The notes below the pieces were generated by a model. That model was not told the origin of the DNA and did no database searches. It was given only the letters and a program-made list of their open reading frames with translations. This document shows, in pieces, positions 1-12,100 of a stretch of DNA of 64,000 nucleotides. The position numbers and the translations under genes are program-made. Origin of the DNA: Vicugna vicugna (Eukaryota); assembly GCA_013265495.1 (NCBI GenBank), contig MU060767.1, forward strand, positions 4,947,546 through 5,011,545, read 5' to 3'. Numbering within the stretch: position 1 is the stretch's first letter; each line of letters begins with the position of its first letter.

Positions 1-12
1 CAGCTCTTGGTG

Positions 13-225
13 CACATAGTGTGGTGGACTTTGGACTTTCACATCTGACTTTGAATCCCAGCCCCACCAATTACTGAATTGACAAGTTATTTAGTGCTTC
101 TGGGCCTTGGGTGCTTCATTTGATATATTAACAGCACTTATCTCACAAGGTTGTGAGATGTCAACAGGTTATTGCGTGTGAAACACTTCACTCAGCACCA
201 AGCACAGAGTAAATGCTAGGTAACT
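13..225 (+). mobile_element. MIR SINE remnant
   Basis: Degenerate match to recalled MIR consensus (tttgaatcccagccccacca..., caagttattt..., acttatctcacaaggttgtgag, gcacagagtaaatgct); ends approximate. Confidence 0.6.
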
Positions 226-1334
226 GTTAGCTCATTTTTGGTGTTATTTGCACTAGCCATTTCCTGTTTCCTTCTCATCCCCATGAAACCCAGTGATTCT
301 CAACTTTCAAGGCCCAGGCCCAATTCCATCCTACCTTAGAACCCCTTTGTGGCCATGCCAGGCTAGACTGTTGTCCTCTTCAACCCAATTGCAGCTCCTG
401 TGGGGTTTTTCTGTGCTGCTTTCCTAGAAGTTTCCCAACATAGAGTTTGAGTTTATTGGGACTCTATGCTCAGGACTCTCCAGCACCGAAGATAACTGGA
501 GGCAGGAAGGAGTGCCCAGAAACCCTACTTGTCCTCTACAGAAAGGCCTTCTCTGCTTCTGAAGGTGACACCAGAGGCCTGGCCTCCAGGCCTTTGTTGC
601 CAGGTGTTTTTGCCTCTTTATCTTTAGGAAAAAGGGAAAGAGGAGGTGGGAGGAGGAAGGAAGAGGAGACCAAAGAAGCCTGTGGTCCCTAGTGAGATCT
701 GGAGGTGTGTCCTGAGGTGATGAGATTTCCAAAGAGCATGTTTAAATGTGGGACAGTTTCCAGAAGATGCAGGGCATTGGGTGGAGGGTGTTTATTTGTT
801 CTGCAAGCTTGGGCAAGTACATATAGACCCTCCACCGCACCCTAGCCTTCCTTCCTGGATTCCACTCCATCAGGGCATCTGCTACTGACCTCTTCCGTTA
901 GAACTCAGTCTCTTAGGACCTCTGAAGTCCATGTGTCCTCCATGGTCCATCTTGCGTGATTATCTCTTCTCAGAGGTAGGAGAAAGAACCTGGAGAAGTC
1001 CTACCCCTTTGGTGAACTGAGGGGACAGAGCTGGGTGGTAACAAAAGCTCTTTCCGACCCCGAGTGTTTTGGGATGTGTTGAGTACCTTCTGGAAGCTGG
1101 GTCGTGTACTAGGGACTTGTGGGGAAGTGGAGTCAGAGATATACAAAGAGAAATCATACAGTGTTACTTTAAATGTTTTCATTCATTCTACATATACTTT
1201 TGGAGCACCTTTTTTTATGCTGGGCACTGCGATAGGATCTGAGATACTTCGTTGAATGATATTCTCTTGACCTTCACTGGAGGTGGAGGTCATTGGGGCC
1301 AGGGGACGGCATTAAGAGATCAGTTACAAACATG

Positions 1335-1530
1335 GGGTTCCTTCATGGCTCTGTGGCCATGTAACCTCTCCGTACTGAGTTTCATCATCTGTAAAATGGC
1401 AATAATAATAAATTAAATGATACATATTTTTTTTACTGGTGGGGTGATTATGAAAGTTAAACAGGATAATCCCTGTACAACACTTAGCATGAGCTTGGCA
1501 CATAGTGCTGACTCAGTGTGTTAGCTGCTG
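1335..1530 (+). mobile_element. MIR SINE remnant
   Basis: MIR core ctgagtttcatcatctgtaaaatggcaataataata and 3' part acacttagcatgagcttggcacatagtg. Confidence 0.7.
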
Positions 1531-2327
1531 TTCCTGTTATTTTAAAGCAAACGAAATAAATAATTACATATTAAGGGTGGTATCTGTGAAAGAGACAGTG
1601 GAGAAGTGATAGAGAATCACAGAGGAACTTTCTTTAGAGCATGGCTGGCTAAGGCCCTGCTGAGGAGAAAATGTTGGAGCTGAGGTGTGAACAACGAGGA
1701 GCCAGCTGTGTGGAGAGCTGGGGCCTGGGGTAGGGGTTGGAGGGTGGGGAGAGCATTTCTGGCAAAGACACCAGCATGCAAAAGCAATATTTGGGCCAGT
1801 CAGTGGGACCAAAAGGAGCCCCGAGTAGTAGAGTGTGAGGGATGAGAGTACAAATCTTCTGGGAACCCAGACCCTTGGTTTAAAAAAATCAGGCTGAGCC
1901 CAGGGGAGGAAGCCCCTGGCTCTGTAGCACTGGGTGTGGGGTCAGAGAGAGTGATGGTATGGATCATCCCCTTCACAAAGGCCTGACAGATTTGAGGTGG
2001 TTGGATGTGACTGAGTGAATATATTTCAGATCTCAAGGAACATATATAGGACTACTTCGATGTTCAAGCGTTCATTGCTCATTCAAAAAACACTTCCCCA
2101 AGGCCTACTGTGTGCCAACTCCTGTGCCTCATAAGAAAGCCAGGCAGGTATTTTCAAGGTATTACCATAGTTCTGAGCCTAACTTCAGTTTTGACCCTGA
2201 CTTCAGCCTAAAAGCACTGCTATTAATTTGTCTGACTGGCTGCTGGGAACTCAGGTGTGGGTGAGGCTCCATCTCTGTCCTCCAGAATTTCCTCCTTCCT
2301 GTTTTCTCTTTAAAACTGTTTATTATT

Positions 2328-2450
2328 GGGGGCAGGGATATACCTCAAGTGGTAGAGTGCATGCCTAGCATGCACAAGGTCCTGGGTTCAATCCCTAGTA
2401 CCTCTTCCAAAAATAAATAGATGAACCTAATTACTACCCCCCCCAAAAAA
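2328..2450 (+). mobile_element. Young tRNA-derived SINE, camelid (vic-1-like) type
   Basis: ggggcagggatatacctcaagtggtagag (A box) ... ggttcaatccc (B box), then aaaaataaatagatgaacctaattac-C-run-A tail; TSD ctgtttattat at 2316-2326 and 2453-2463. Confidence 0.85.
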
Positions 2451-2463
2451 CCCTGTTTATTAT

Positions 2464-3800
2464 GGAGTTCATTAAGCATATACAAATTAGAGGGAATAGT
2501 ATAATGAACCCAGAAATAGTCACCTAACTACAACAATAATCAATTCTTGTTATAATTATCAACCTTGTTTCAATAATTCCACTTATCTCCCCACTCTCAA
2601 ATTACTTTGAAGTAAATCGTAGACAGCATATCATTTCAGCTGTAAATGTTTTGATGTCTCTGAAAAAGATCCTGACTTTTTTACATAACCACAATACTGT
2701 TACTCCTTCTTTAAAAGAAACAATTTGTTGATGTCGTCAAATACCCATTTAGTGTTCAGATTTCTCTGATTGTCCCTAATGATTTTTTTATGAGATTGAC
2801 TCGCTGCCCACTGTGCTGAGAAGGCGTTCCTAATGATTTTTTAATATGATTTCCTAGTTTCAATCAGGATCCAGTTATGATCCATATATTTCAATTGATT
2901 GATGCTATTGCAAGTCTTTCAATTTATAGGTTGTTTGTCTCACTTTTCCTTTTATTTATTGATGAAGCTGGGTCATTTGATTGATAGATTTTCCCTCCAT
3001 CTCAATTTTGCTGATTATATCCCTGCTGTATAGTTTAACATGTTCCTCTGTCTCTTGTTTTTCCTGTAAACTGGTAGTTAGATATAGAGACTTCATTAGA
3101 TTCTGATTCCATTTTTTAAAAAAGAATATTTAATAGATGACCTTTGTACTTCTATTGGGAGTTGTTTCTGTCTAGTTGTTTCTCTTTTTATGACTTAGGA
3201 ATCATTGACATTTGTTGCCTAGAACCATTATGTTATTAGAAGTTGCAGAATGGTAATATTTTAATTTTATGTTTCCTTCTGCAATTGCTGGCTTGAAAAC
3301 TTCTATACCTGGAAATTACCAGTAATCAGCTACTTGGTTACCCTGAAATATAGTCTTTATAGGAGAGGCAGGATAAATGCTTGATTCCCGTATTTACTAG
3401 CTTTCAAAATAATGAGTTGGTATTCCATCATCCTTTAAAGTTGACTAATACAGTTTGTTCTTCTGTTTCTTTAGTATCATAATGCACTTGTGGGTTTTAA
3501 CTTATTTGTTGTGCTTCCACTTGTTAACTTTATTGTTGCTCAAATTGTCCCTTGGCTAGTGGTAGCTTATACAATAGGCTGCTGACTTTTTTTTTTTTAA
3601 CATAACCGTGTAGCCTTTCTTATTACTGAGATGACAGTATGTTCTAATCTCATCTTGTATATTTCCTGACCCAGATTTAAAGTCATCATTTCTCTTGGGG
3701 AATCTGGTTCTTTTTATTGGAAAATGATATTTAGAGACCATAATCTGAATCCAGGGGTTTCTCATTGTTGCTGAGTTGGTCTTTGTTTCTAGGATTTTTT
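2464..3800 (-). mobile_element. Old L1 (L1MC/MD-like) 3' region, antisense
   Basis: AT-rich; motifs gggaatagtataatgaaccc, cataaccacaatac, aatcaggatcca typical of reverse-complement old L1 3' UTRs; interrupted by the SINE. Confidence 0.65.
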
Positions 3801-4379
3801 TCTACGAATTAGCTCTCTTCCTGCTCAAAAACTTGGAAAATACAGAAAAGCATATGGCTTGCTAGATTATGTAGCTGCAAATCAACTGATGGGTACCAGA
3901 TGCCAGTTCCTAATTTGGAATGGGCGCTCTACCTGACACTTGGGCCATTCAGTACGTCTCCTTCCTGTTGTAAAGAACGATAATTAGCATTCAGGAGGAG
4001 GAGCCTTGTGATATTCTCAACTTCCACGTGAGCTCAATGGTCCCAAGGACTGTTTTCCTCAGCCAGTGAGTGAGATGTTCAGGGACCATGGTTGAAGAGC
4101 TCACATGTGTGATGTACTGATTGTCTTCCAGAACACTTTATTCCTCTCTATCTTGAATCACTTGTCTCCTGGTCATTACGACATTTCCTTCTGCATCTCA
4201 ACATTATTTCACAAGAGACAATCTCATATAGAAAGAGGAAAGTAAGACTCCAGGTTAGGCCTAGCCAATCACCAGTCACATGAAACTGCAAATGCAAATA
4301 TAGGTGGTGTCACCAGGAGTGGCATGTTATTCAGCACTAATTGTGAGGTGGCCAGGAATGTGGCTAGAACGAGATCAAC

Positions 4380-5150
4380 TTTGAAGGATTGCAAAAACCA
4401 CAGGAAGGGCTTTGTCCTGAATGCAGGGGATGGGAGGTTAAAACTACTGGGCTTGTACTTTAGAATGTACCTGCAGTTTGAATAGTGTTTTGGAGGTAGG
4501 GGCTACATTGGAGGTGGGAAGAACAGACTGCTGGGTTTTATAGTAATCCAGACCAGAGAATATGATGGCAACCTGTCTTCAGGCACTGGCAGGGAATACA
4601 ACATGGTGGGGGAATTATAGGTAGAGGAATTGATGGGTTGAATAAGGGGGCTGAGGAAGAATGAAGAGTCAAGGCTGACGTCTTCATCTGTGGCTTTGGC
4701 AACTGTGTAGGTAGCAGGGTGAAATAATAGTGGAATGTAGCAGGAACAGGTTGGGGAAAGAGTGAGAAGATGGGATTTGAGGGATCTGTGAGTCATTTAA
4801 ATAAAGATGTGGAGGCTGCTTTTGGTGCTCAGATGTGAGGTTTGAGCTTGGAGAATCAGGGTAGGGTAGAAGTGTGGCCACTGACCCCAAGGGAGAGCAT
4901 AGGGTCATAAGAGTAGAGGCCCGAGATGAGGCCCTCCTATAGGAAGAGCTTTTGTTAAACAGGGATAGGGCAAGAGATGGTCCTGCCAGAAGTCAAAGGC
5001 ATCCCCTGAGAAATGGGTAGCCCCAGGGAAGAACCTGAAAAAGAAGGGGGTGGTGAATGCCAAATGTGGCTAAGAGACTGAAATAAAGTCAGATGGCTGT
5101 CTGTTTGGTTTTGCCCTTCAGAGGTCCTTGGTGACCTTAATGAGAACAGA
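4380..5150 (-). mobile_element. L2 LINE remnant
   Basis: GA-rich degenerate L2 motifs (agagtcaaggctgac, ggcaactg, gagtagaggccc, ggtgaccttaatgaga). Confidence 0.6.
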
Positions 5151-5537
5151 GGAGACAGTGTACAGACAGAGCAGAGCTCACTGATGAACTCATCCCAGCT
5201 CAGCCACGTACTGGCTTTGCGATCTTGGGCAAGTGGTTTATCCTCAGGTGCACAGCGAGAGTGTTAATAGGATCTCCCTGAAAAGTTAGTGTAGTGTAAG
5301 CAGAGGGCCTGGTGCTGAGTGAGCAGTCAGAGAAGCCAGCTGCTCCCACTGTGGTCATTCGTTCCTGTCACTCTTGGGAGGCAGGCACCATGCTGGGTCT
5401 TGAGTGCGTAACGAAAACGTATCACACAGGCCTTGCTTGGGGGCACGTGTGCCTAATGGGCAGACTGGTGGACACCAAACAGCACTGAATGTCTAGTAGG
5501 CACAGGTTATATTTGGGGGCAATGGGAGCATGTGAGG

Positions 5538-5695
5538 AGTGAGTTAAAGGGTAGGCTTCTTTTTGGGGTGATGAAAATGTGCTAGAATTGATTGTGGTGA
5601 TGCTTGCACAACTCCGAATATACTAAAAACCATTGAATTGTACACTTCAGATGGACACATCGTATGGTGTATGAATTATATATCAGTAAAAAGCA
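5538..5695 (+). mobile_element. L1 3' terminal fragment (L1MB/MC-like)
   Basis: ttttggggtgatgaaaatgtgctagaattgattgtggtgatg...aatatactaaaaaccattgaattgtacactt, a diagnostic old-L1 3' end. Confidence 0.85.
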
Positions 5696-7379
5696 GTTAC
5701 ACACACAAAACTTAGCCAGGTCAAGGAGATGGGAAGAAGAACGGTGTTAGGAGTTTCAGAAACGTCAAACTACATAGCATCTCAAAGGAGTTTGGGCACT
5801 GGAAAGAGAGTGGTGCACAAGTCAGGGATGTGCAGGGCTAAGTGTGAACAGGTGCATAGGGCTGGTTCATGGAAGGCCCTGGAAGGATACGTAGCTTAGA
5901 AAGGATGAGAGTCATGATTAAAAGAGATTCTTGAGTTAGGTCAAGGTCTGTGTGTGGGAAATGTCTTGCTTAAGAGTTGCTATTTACACTCTTGCCTGGA
6001 AACATTTTGTATGTTTCGTTTCTCAGAGGAGAATACGCTGATTTAGTTAAATTAGGTGACTACAACTTGGATAGCAAGACGGGCTTACCTCAGTCCAGAA
6101 TTTCTCAGAGTCAGATGTAATCTGACGGTCAGAAGAGATGACACAGTTCTGGCAGTCCAGTGACCACAAGTAAGAGAGAGGAGCTTGGGAGGCACTGGGA
6201 GAAGGGCATCCAGAAGGTGGTAACCGGAGAGTTGCACTGTAAAACAAAGGGAACAGTTACTTGGGGTCTCTGAGCTATGAGAGCCTGGGCCCCATACACA
6301 CCTGAAGTTTTTCCCTCAATGTTTGAGGATCCACGTTGTCCCGCCTGCCCTGGGCAATGTCATTGCTGTGTGAGGAGGCCCTCCCAGTGCCCAGGATTGA
6401 TAAGCTGGCATGGATCACTGGTGGTGACTTGATTGTTCCTCTCCAGCTGGCTGTTGCTGCAGGAGGGTGGGGCCCCCAGAGCAGGGGTGGAGGCTAGGAG
6501 AGACTGGAGGGAGGGCTTGCTGCCATGTGCTGGCTTGGACTTGCTCTCAGTAGATGCAGAAGAAGGGGATCGTGGAGGGGTGGGGTTGGTGGCGTGATGC
6601 AATTAGAAGCTTGGTCTGGGGCTCTGGAGGATGCATTTAGGAGGAGCCAGGCTAGAGGCAGGCAGCTATTCCAGCTCTCCAGGTAGGAGAACATGGGCTG
6701 AACTGGGGCAGGAGTGGCATGAGGGCAGAAGGACTGGGTCAGCAGCCAGCTTAGGGGATGTGACCCATAAGATTGGGCCAGTTTTCCTTAGGTGTGAGGG
6801 TGAGAAGGGTTAGAAGGCAGGCTTCTGGCCTCATAAATGACTGAGTGGTGCTGGAATTGCTTCTAGGATGAGGCCCGCCAGAGGAGGAGAAGGTCTGGGG
6901 TGTGGACAGAGTGGTGGAGGAGGAGGTGTTCTGCCTCAGACATGCTAATTCAGAGTATCTGAGAGGTGGCTGTGTGGATCTGGGGGAAGTAGCACTAAAG
7001 ATACCAATCTGGAAGTCTTCAGCATGCTGGCGGGCGGTGCTCAGCCTATGTCCTGCCATCTGTCAGCTTGCAGCCAGGACAAGCTTCCTTAGAAGCCTAG
7101 TCCTGTTCACGAGTCCTGCCGGGAGGCTGGAGAGCAGCCTTAATGGCAGGCCAAGTGGACACAAGCGTGACCTGATGAGGATACCCGGCCTGGAGCCTAA
7201 TTTGGCAAGCAGAGCTGGGAAAGCAACAACCAGAGATTCCCGTCCAGATTCCCGTCATGCCTCCTCCTGCACAACTGGGTATGGTGGTTTCTTTCTTTCT
7301 TTTCTTCTTTTTTGATTTCCTTTTTAACTAAACATAATTTCTAAGAAAAATTCCAAAAATAGAGCTGGTGGAAGGGTGA

Positions 7380-7900
7380 CTTGGTGTAGATCCTTTGGGG
7401 GACAAGTTTTTACCACCTTGTTTAGACATTGCATGTATATGTACTGTGCAACCCTGCATACCCACTTACGGGATCGTAGCCCCTAAATTAGCAAAGGATG
7501 GCATGTACAGAGGTGTTCACACAGCCTAGTTGATAACAGCAACCTATTAGAACCAGCGGGGTATCCACTGACAGGGGTATGGTTAAAAAAATCATGGTCT
7601 GTGCTAGTAGTGGAATACTGTTCGAGTGCTCAAAAGTATAACGTTCCATAAACACTGATTTAGAAATATCTTGTTAGGTGAGAAGTTGCAAAGCATTGCA
7701 TGTATCATAGTCCCATTTTGGTAGAATGTCAGAGGAATGTGCACAGAGAAACATGTTTGGAAGTGTAGATACCAAGTTGTCTAGAGTGACTGTCTCTGTG
7801 GAGAGGGATTGAAGAGGCTGGGAGGGGGAATATGTGAGTTTTTAATTTTAAGTACTCTTCTATTATTTGAATGTATTATAGTGAACAAGTGTTTAATGAC
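7380..7900 (+). mobile_element. Old L1 (L1ME-like) ORF2 end/3' UTR
   Basis: gatgg-catgtacagaggtgttcac, gtatccactgacagggg-tatggttaaa, gtggaatac, taccaagttgt motifs. Confidence 0.6.
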
Positions 7901-8302
7901 TTAAACATGTGCTAAAGATATCTAAAATAAAGGAAATTAGAACATTCAGGCAAGCAAAGAGAAAGTACTCTTACCCCTCAGCTGTCCAAGTCAAGACCCC
8001 TGCTGCTGACCCTGAGGCGTTCCTCCACCTGTTGGTTCAAAGCATCGTAGGGTTAATCTGAGTCATAGGGAACCCCCACCAAACCCCTGGTCTTCACACA
8101 AAAAGACTCAGAGTCATGGATGCGTGAGGGCCCAGGCTAAGGCTGGACACTTCTTTTCATTCAGACCAGAGCCCCAAAGTCCCGTCCAGGTACAACTCAC
8201 CTGCTCACCTCTCACCTGCCCCTTCCCTCCTTCTTCCCCTCCCTACCTCTTGCTTTCCCTTCACCGATTACATCTTGTGCTGGTATATTCTCTAGCCTGA
8301 TC

Positions 8303-8413
8303 TTATCTGGGAAGCTATTTATGGTCAAGATAATCCACACAGGAACTGATAACCCCTGTTTCACAAGCCCTGCCCCAGGAGATTATGTCAAGACTTGCTC
8401 TGGTGAGTGATAA
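8303..8413. promoter_or_regulatory. Candidate intronic enhancer: four WGATAA sites
   Basis: TTATCT 8303-8308, AGATAA 8328-8333, TGATAA 8347-8352, TGATAA 8408-8413. Confidence 0.4.
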
Positions 8414-9029
8414 CATGTTTGTCTTTGGAATTACTCAGTGATTTCTTGGGCCTGCTTTCTGAGATGGAGCCAGTGCCTAAAGCTATGCTTATGGTCTTTT
8501 GAGGTGACCTCAGCACAGGCAAATGTCAGCCATCCAGGACCCTTGAAGATGAGACTTTCTGGATGGCAGAGTGGGAAAGACCGAAATTTGAAACATTTTG
8601 CATAGAACCCTTCTGGAATGTGTTAGTCTCACTTTCTTGCTTTCTTTGCAGCACACACTGAACATAGCAGAGCTTCTCCCAAATTAGGGCTGTAAGACTT
8701 GAAATGAGATGGAACCGAACCACTGTCCTTGAGGGCCCTGGTCTACCTCCAGTAGTTTGTCCCTGGCCCCCTGTGATCTGAGTGCCTGCTACAGCACCCT
8801 AGACTCCTTTTCTAACCTGCAGCTGTTCTTGTGCTTTGGACTCAGCTGTCAGATGCACTCCAGCTTGTTAGAAGGGTTGGCATCAAGAATGAACAGATGT
8901 GAGGACATGATGATCTGTCTTGTAAATCACCTGTGCCTGCTCAAGGTCCGGACCCTAGGGTGTCTTTGGGTCACCAGGACTTTTCTTGAGTTCTCTATGA
9001 GGCCAAGCATCAGGCAGACTGGGCTCCTT

Positions 9030-9190
9030 TTCTGACCAACTGTGTGACACTATGCATGTGATTTAATGCCTTGAAGCTGAGTTGCGCACCTATAAAATGA
9101 AACGGAAATCACTTGCTGGTTATTAGGACTCAACAGCACAGTGCCTAGCCAGAGTGAGTGCCCAATAGATATTTGTATGATTGGATGAGT
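9030..9190 (+). mobile_element. MIR SINE remnant
   Basis: accaactgtgtgac...ctataaaatg...acagtgcctagc...agtgcccaatagatatttg. Confidence 0.6.
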
Positions 9191-12100
9191 GACAACTCTT
9201 TATTAGTACTGGCAGGGGGCTCGTCTGTGGGGTCCTAGGGAGGAGAAGCTAAATGCCCCATCCTGGAGGGGTGCACCATGTCATAGATTGTCCAGTTTCT
9301 GTGTTATGAAGCACTTGCTTTTTAAAAAAGATACAGCATTAGGCATTAGAGACGGGGGATAAAGGAGTTTGGAGATTTGGGAGGGTCTAGCTGAACTAGA
9401 GAATAAGAATGTAGAGGGCTGAGGATGCCCATCCTCAGAAGGCTCTGTCTTCATTGATGCAGGACAGACCAGTCCCTCATGACTAGACTCAACCTCACCT
9501 TGTCTTCATTCTGGCTTTCCCAGGCTCACATCCACCTCAGGTCTATTCTTGTTCTTTATGACACATTCCTGCATGGCTCTGCAGGTGTCTGCAGCTTCTT
9601 CTTCCAAGGATCAATGACTGGGGGAATGCAGACCAGGAATCTGAGGCTGTGATTAAATCCTAGGAAGCCAGAGCAGAGCCTATGGTTGTTGACAGTGCCA
9701 TCCTCCCTTTGGCCACAAGAGGGTGCACCAGAACTATTCGGCTGCCTCAGAGCCAGGGTAGGGGGTGTGGCTAGACCAACTGGTGCATCTCTGCTTCTCG
9801 GCTCAGCACTGTCCCTTGGGATTCTGCCCTGGGCTCTACTTCCCTCACCCAAGTCCCAGTTGGCCTGCCCAGATTAAGTAGGGCTTCTGGCTCAGTGTCT
9901 CCCGTCTGTCCATCTCTTCCCACCTTCACTTTGCTGTGTCCTAGCTTCCTGGGTCAGGAAGGGGAAGGTCAGGGAACATTCCCTGATGCTCTCCATTTAG
10001 TGCCCAGTTCAGGCTGCTCCAGCCTTGACCACCACACTGTCCTCATTTACCCCCACCCGGGTCTTTTTGGCAGCTCTCAGACTTGGACCAGCAGCTACAG
10101 CACAATGTGCTAGCTATGAACCAAGGGTCTTGTGGGCTGCAGGTAGGAGCTTGAGGCTGCCCAGGGGATCAGGGCCATGCTTCCCAGGCTCCCAGAAGCA
10201 CCACCCTTCCCCAGGTGGTCTCCACTCTGGTCCTGCTGCTCTGGTCTCTTCAGGAGAGGGAAAATTCATCCTCAGGATAACCTCCTGTCCTCCCAACCTC
10301 CTTCAGCACTTTAGGGGTCATGTAAGGGTACATGTGGCACATATAGGCACGAGTGTGTCGGGTGACTCTGGGAGAGGCTCAAACTAGGCACCGCAAACTC
10401 TCTAGGCTGTAGATATACATGTTATCAGATAATTGACTGTTCTCTTCCTCTACCCTTCACCCCAATTTAGAGGAGTCTTTCCACTGACCTCCCTGGCTTC
10501 TGCCTAATTCCAACACCTACACCTTAGCTGACTAAAAAAAAAATCTATCCTGCCCAGGAATATTGGCCTTTGTCCTCTTTTAGAGGCACGAAAATCAGGA
10601 CCCTGAAGGGCCACTTGGTAGGCTCAGCTGCTGTTGTATAACCTGTTGTCTGCTCTGCCTGTCTGTATCCAGCACCCTGCAGCTTGAAGGGCTGGGGTGG
10701 GGCTGCCCCCATGTGAGTGTGGGTGGTCCTGAAGGGTGGCAGGCAGACTTGTGGCTGGGGGAGTGGTGTGTGGAGAAATAGCCCTGACTGGGTGCCGGGC
10801 ACTGCTTTCCTGGACAACTGTGGCCTGGCCCTACGCCAGACCTTGTCCCCCTCTTGGCCATTCAGGCAATGGTTTTCAGGCTTTGACCTCAGCTGAGGCT
10901 TCATGTTTGGCTGGCGGATGGGGCTTTCCCCTCTGAGGAGTCATCTGTGGTGTCTTCACTGCTGCAACTTGGCCTTTCCTGCCCGCCGCTGCTCCACAGC
11001 TCCGGGCCTCCCCTGCACCTGCTGTCAGTTCTGCCAGGGTTGCTTCATGGGTACCAAGGCCTCTGGACTCACCCAAGGCCCTGAGTGGCCCTCAGGGACT
11101 GGGGCTGCAGGGAGTCAATGTGATTCAGGCCTGACCAAGTAGGGAGTGTCAGAGCTGGTCAGGCCCCTGGAGGTAACCTTAGCCACCCTTCTTATTTTAC
11201 CTGGGAAACTGGGTCCAGGTGAAGCCCAAGGCCTTGCTTATGGTCTCCTGACACTCACGTTGCCTTCTACTGTTTAGTCACTCTACATATTTGGATTCTT
11301 TCTTTCATTTGTTCACTGAAGGAGGCCTATGCTGTTCTTCTGCATACCCAGCCCCCAACTCAGGAATGAGGAGACAGGTGAAAGAAGCCCTGTTTCTGGG
11401 GCCCTTGCCATTCCCCCAGGCCTTGTCCATGGTATCTAGCTTGGAAATTAAGGGTTGAGAGTTGAGGAATATGGGTGAGCTGCAACCCATGACCCAGCAG
11501 ACAAGGCCCCAAGGCTGACAGGTTATAGCTCACCCATTTCCCCCGACCCTCAATACTTTAAGCTCCAGGCTGGATCCATGTGGCAAGGTTTGGGGGAAAT
11601 CAGGGTCCTGGAATGTTATCCCTCAGGCCTGGCCCAGGCTTCCTGCCTCCCTGTCACCCCCATTCCTCCACCTAGCCTCTGCTTTGGGACTCCCTGAGCA
11701 GGTGACCACCCTCTCCCAGGGACTGACTCACATCCTCAGTGCTTATCACGCTCAGTCTGGCATATTACTGCTTTCCCTGCACGTGTCCCATCAGGCCCTT
11801 GAGCAGGGTGGGTGAGGGGGTCAGGGGTTCTATACAGGACCAGCTTGGATGCATGCTACTGCTCCTGCCACTTACTGCCTGGCCCAAGCCTCTTGGTTCT
11901 TCTGGGCATGGGTATAGAATGGATCAACTCTGCTCTTGGCCTGGGTTGCTTGGTCTTGTTTCTGTGAGCTGCAGGGAAATGAGGCTTTGTGCTGAGAACA
12001 GCACGGATCACAGCCCCAAATGAGGCATGATTGTGAGCCCATCCATAGGACAAAGGTATTTCCATAGCTTTGATTCTAGGTACCATGTAGCTGGCAAGAT

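Noticed and set aside
2328-2403. tRNA gene
   Set aside because: It has A and B boxes but continues into a SINE body and A tail with TSDs.
7234-7256. 12-bp direct repeat agattcccgtc x2
   Set aside because: An ordinary slippage duplication with no associated structure.
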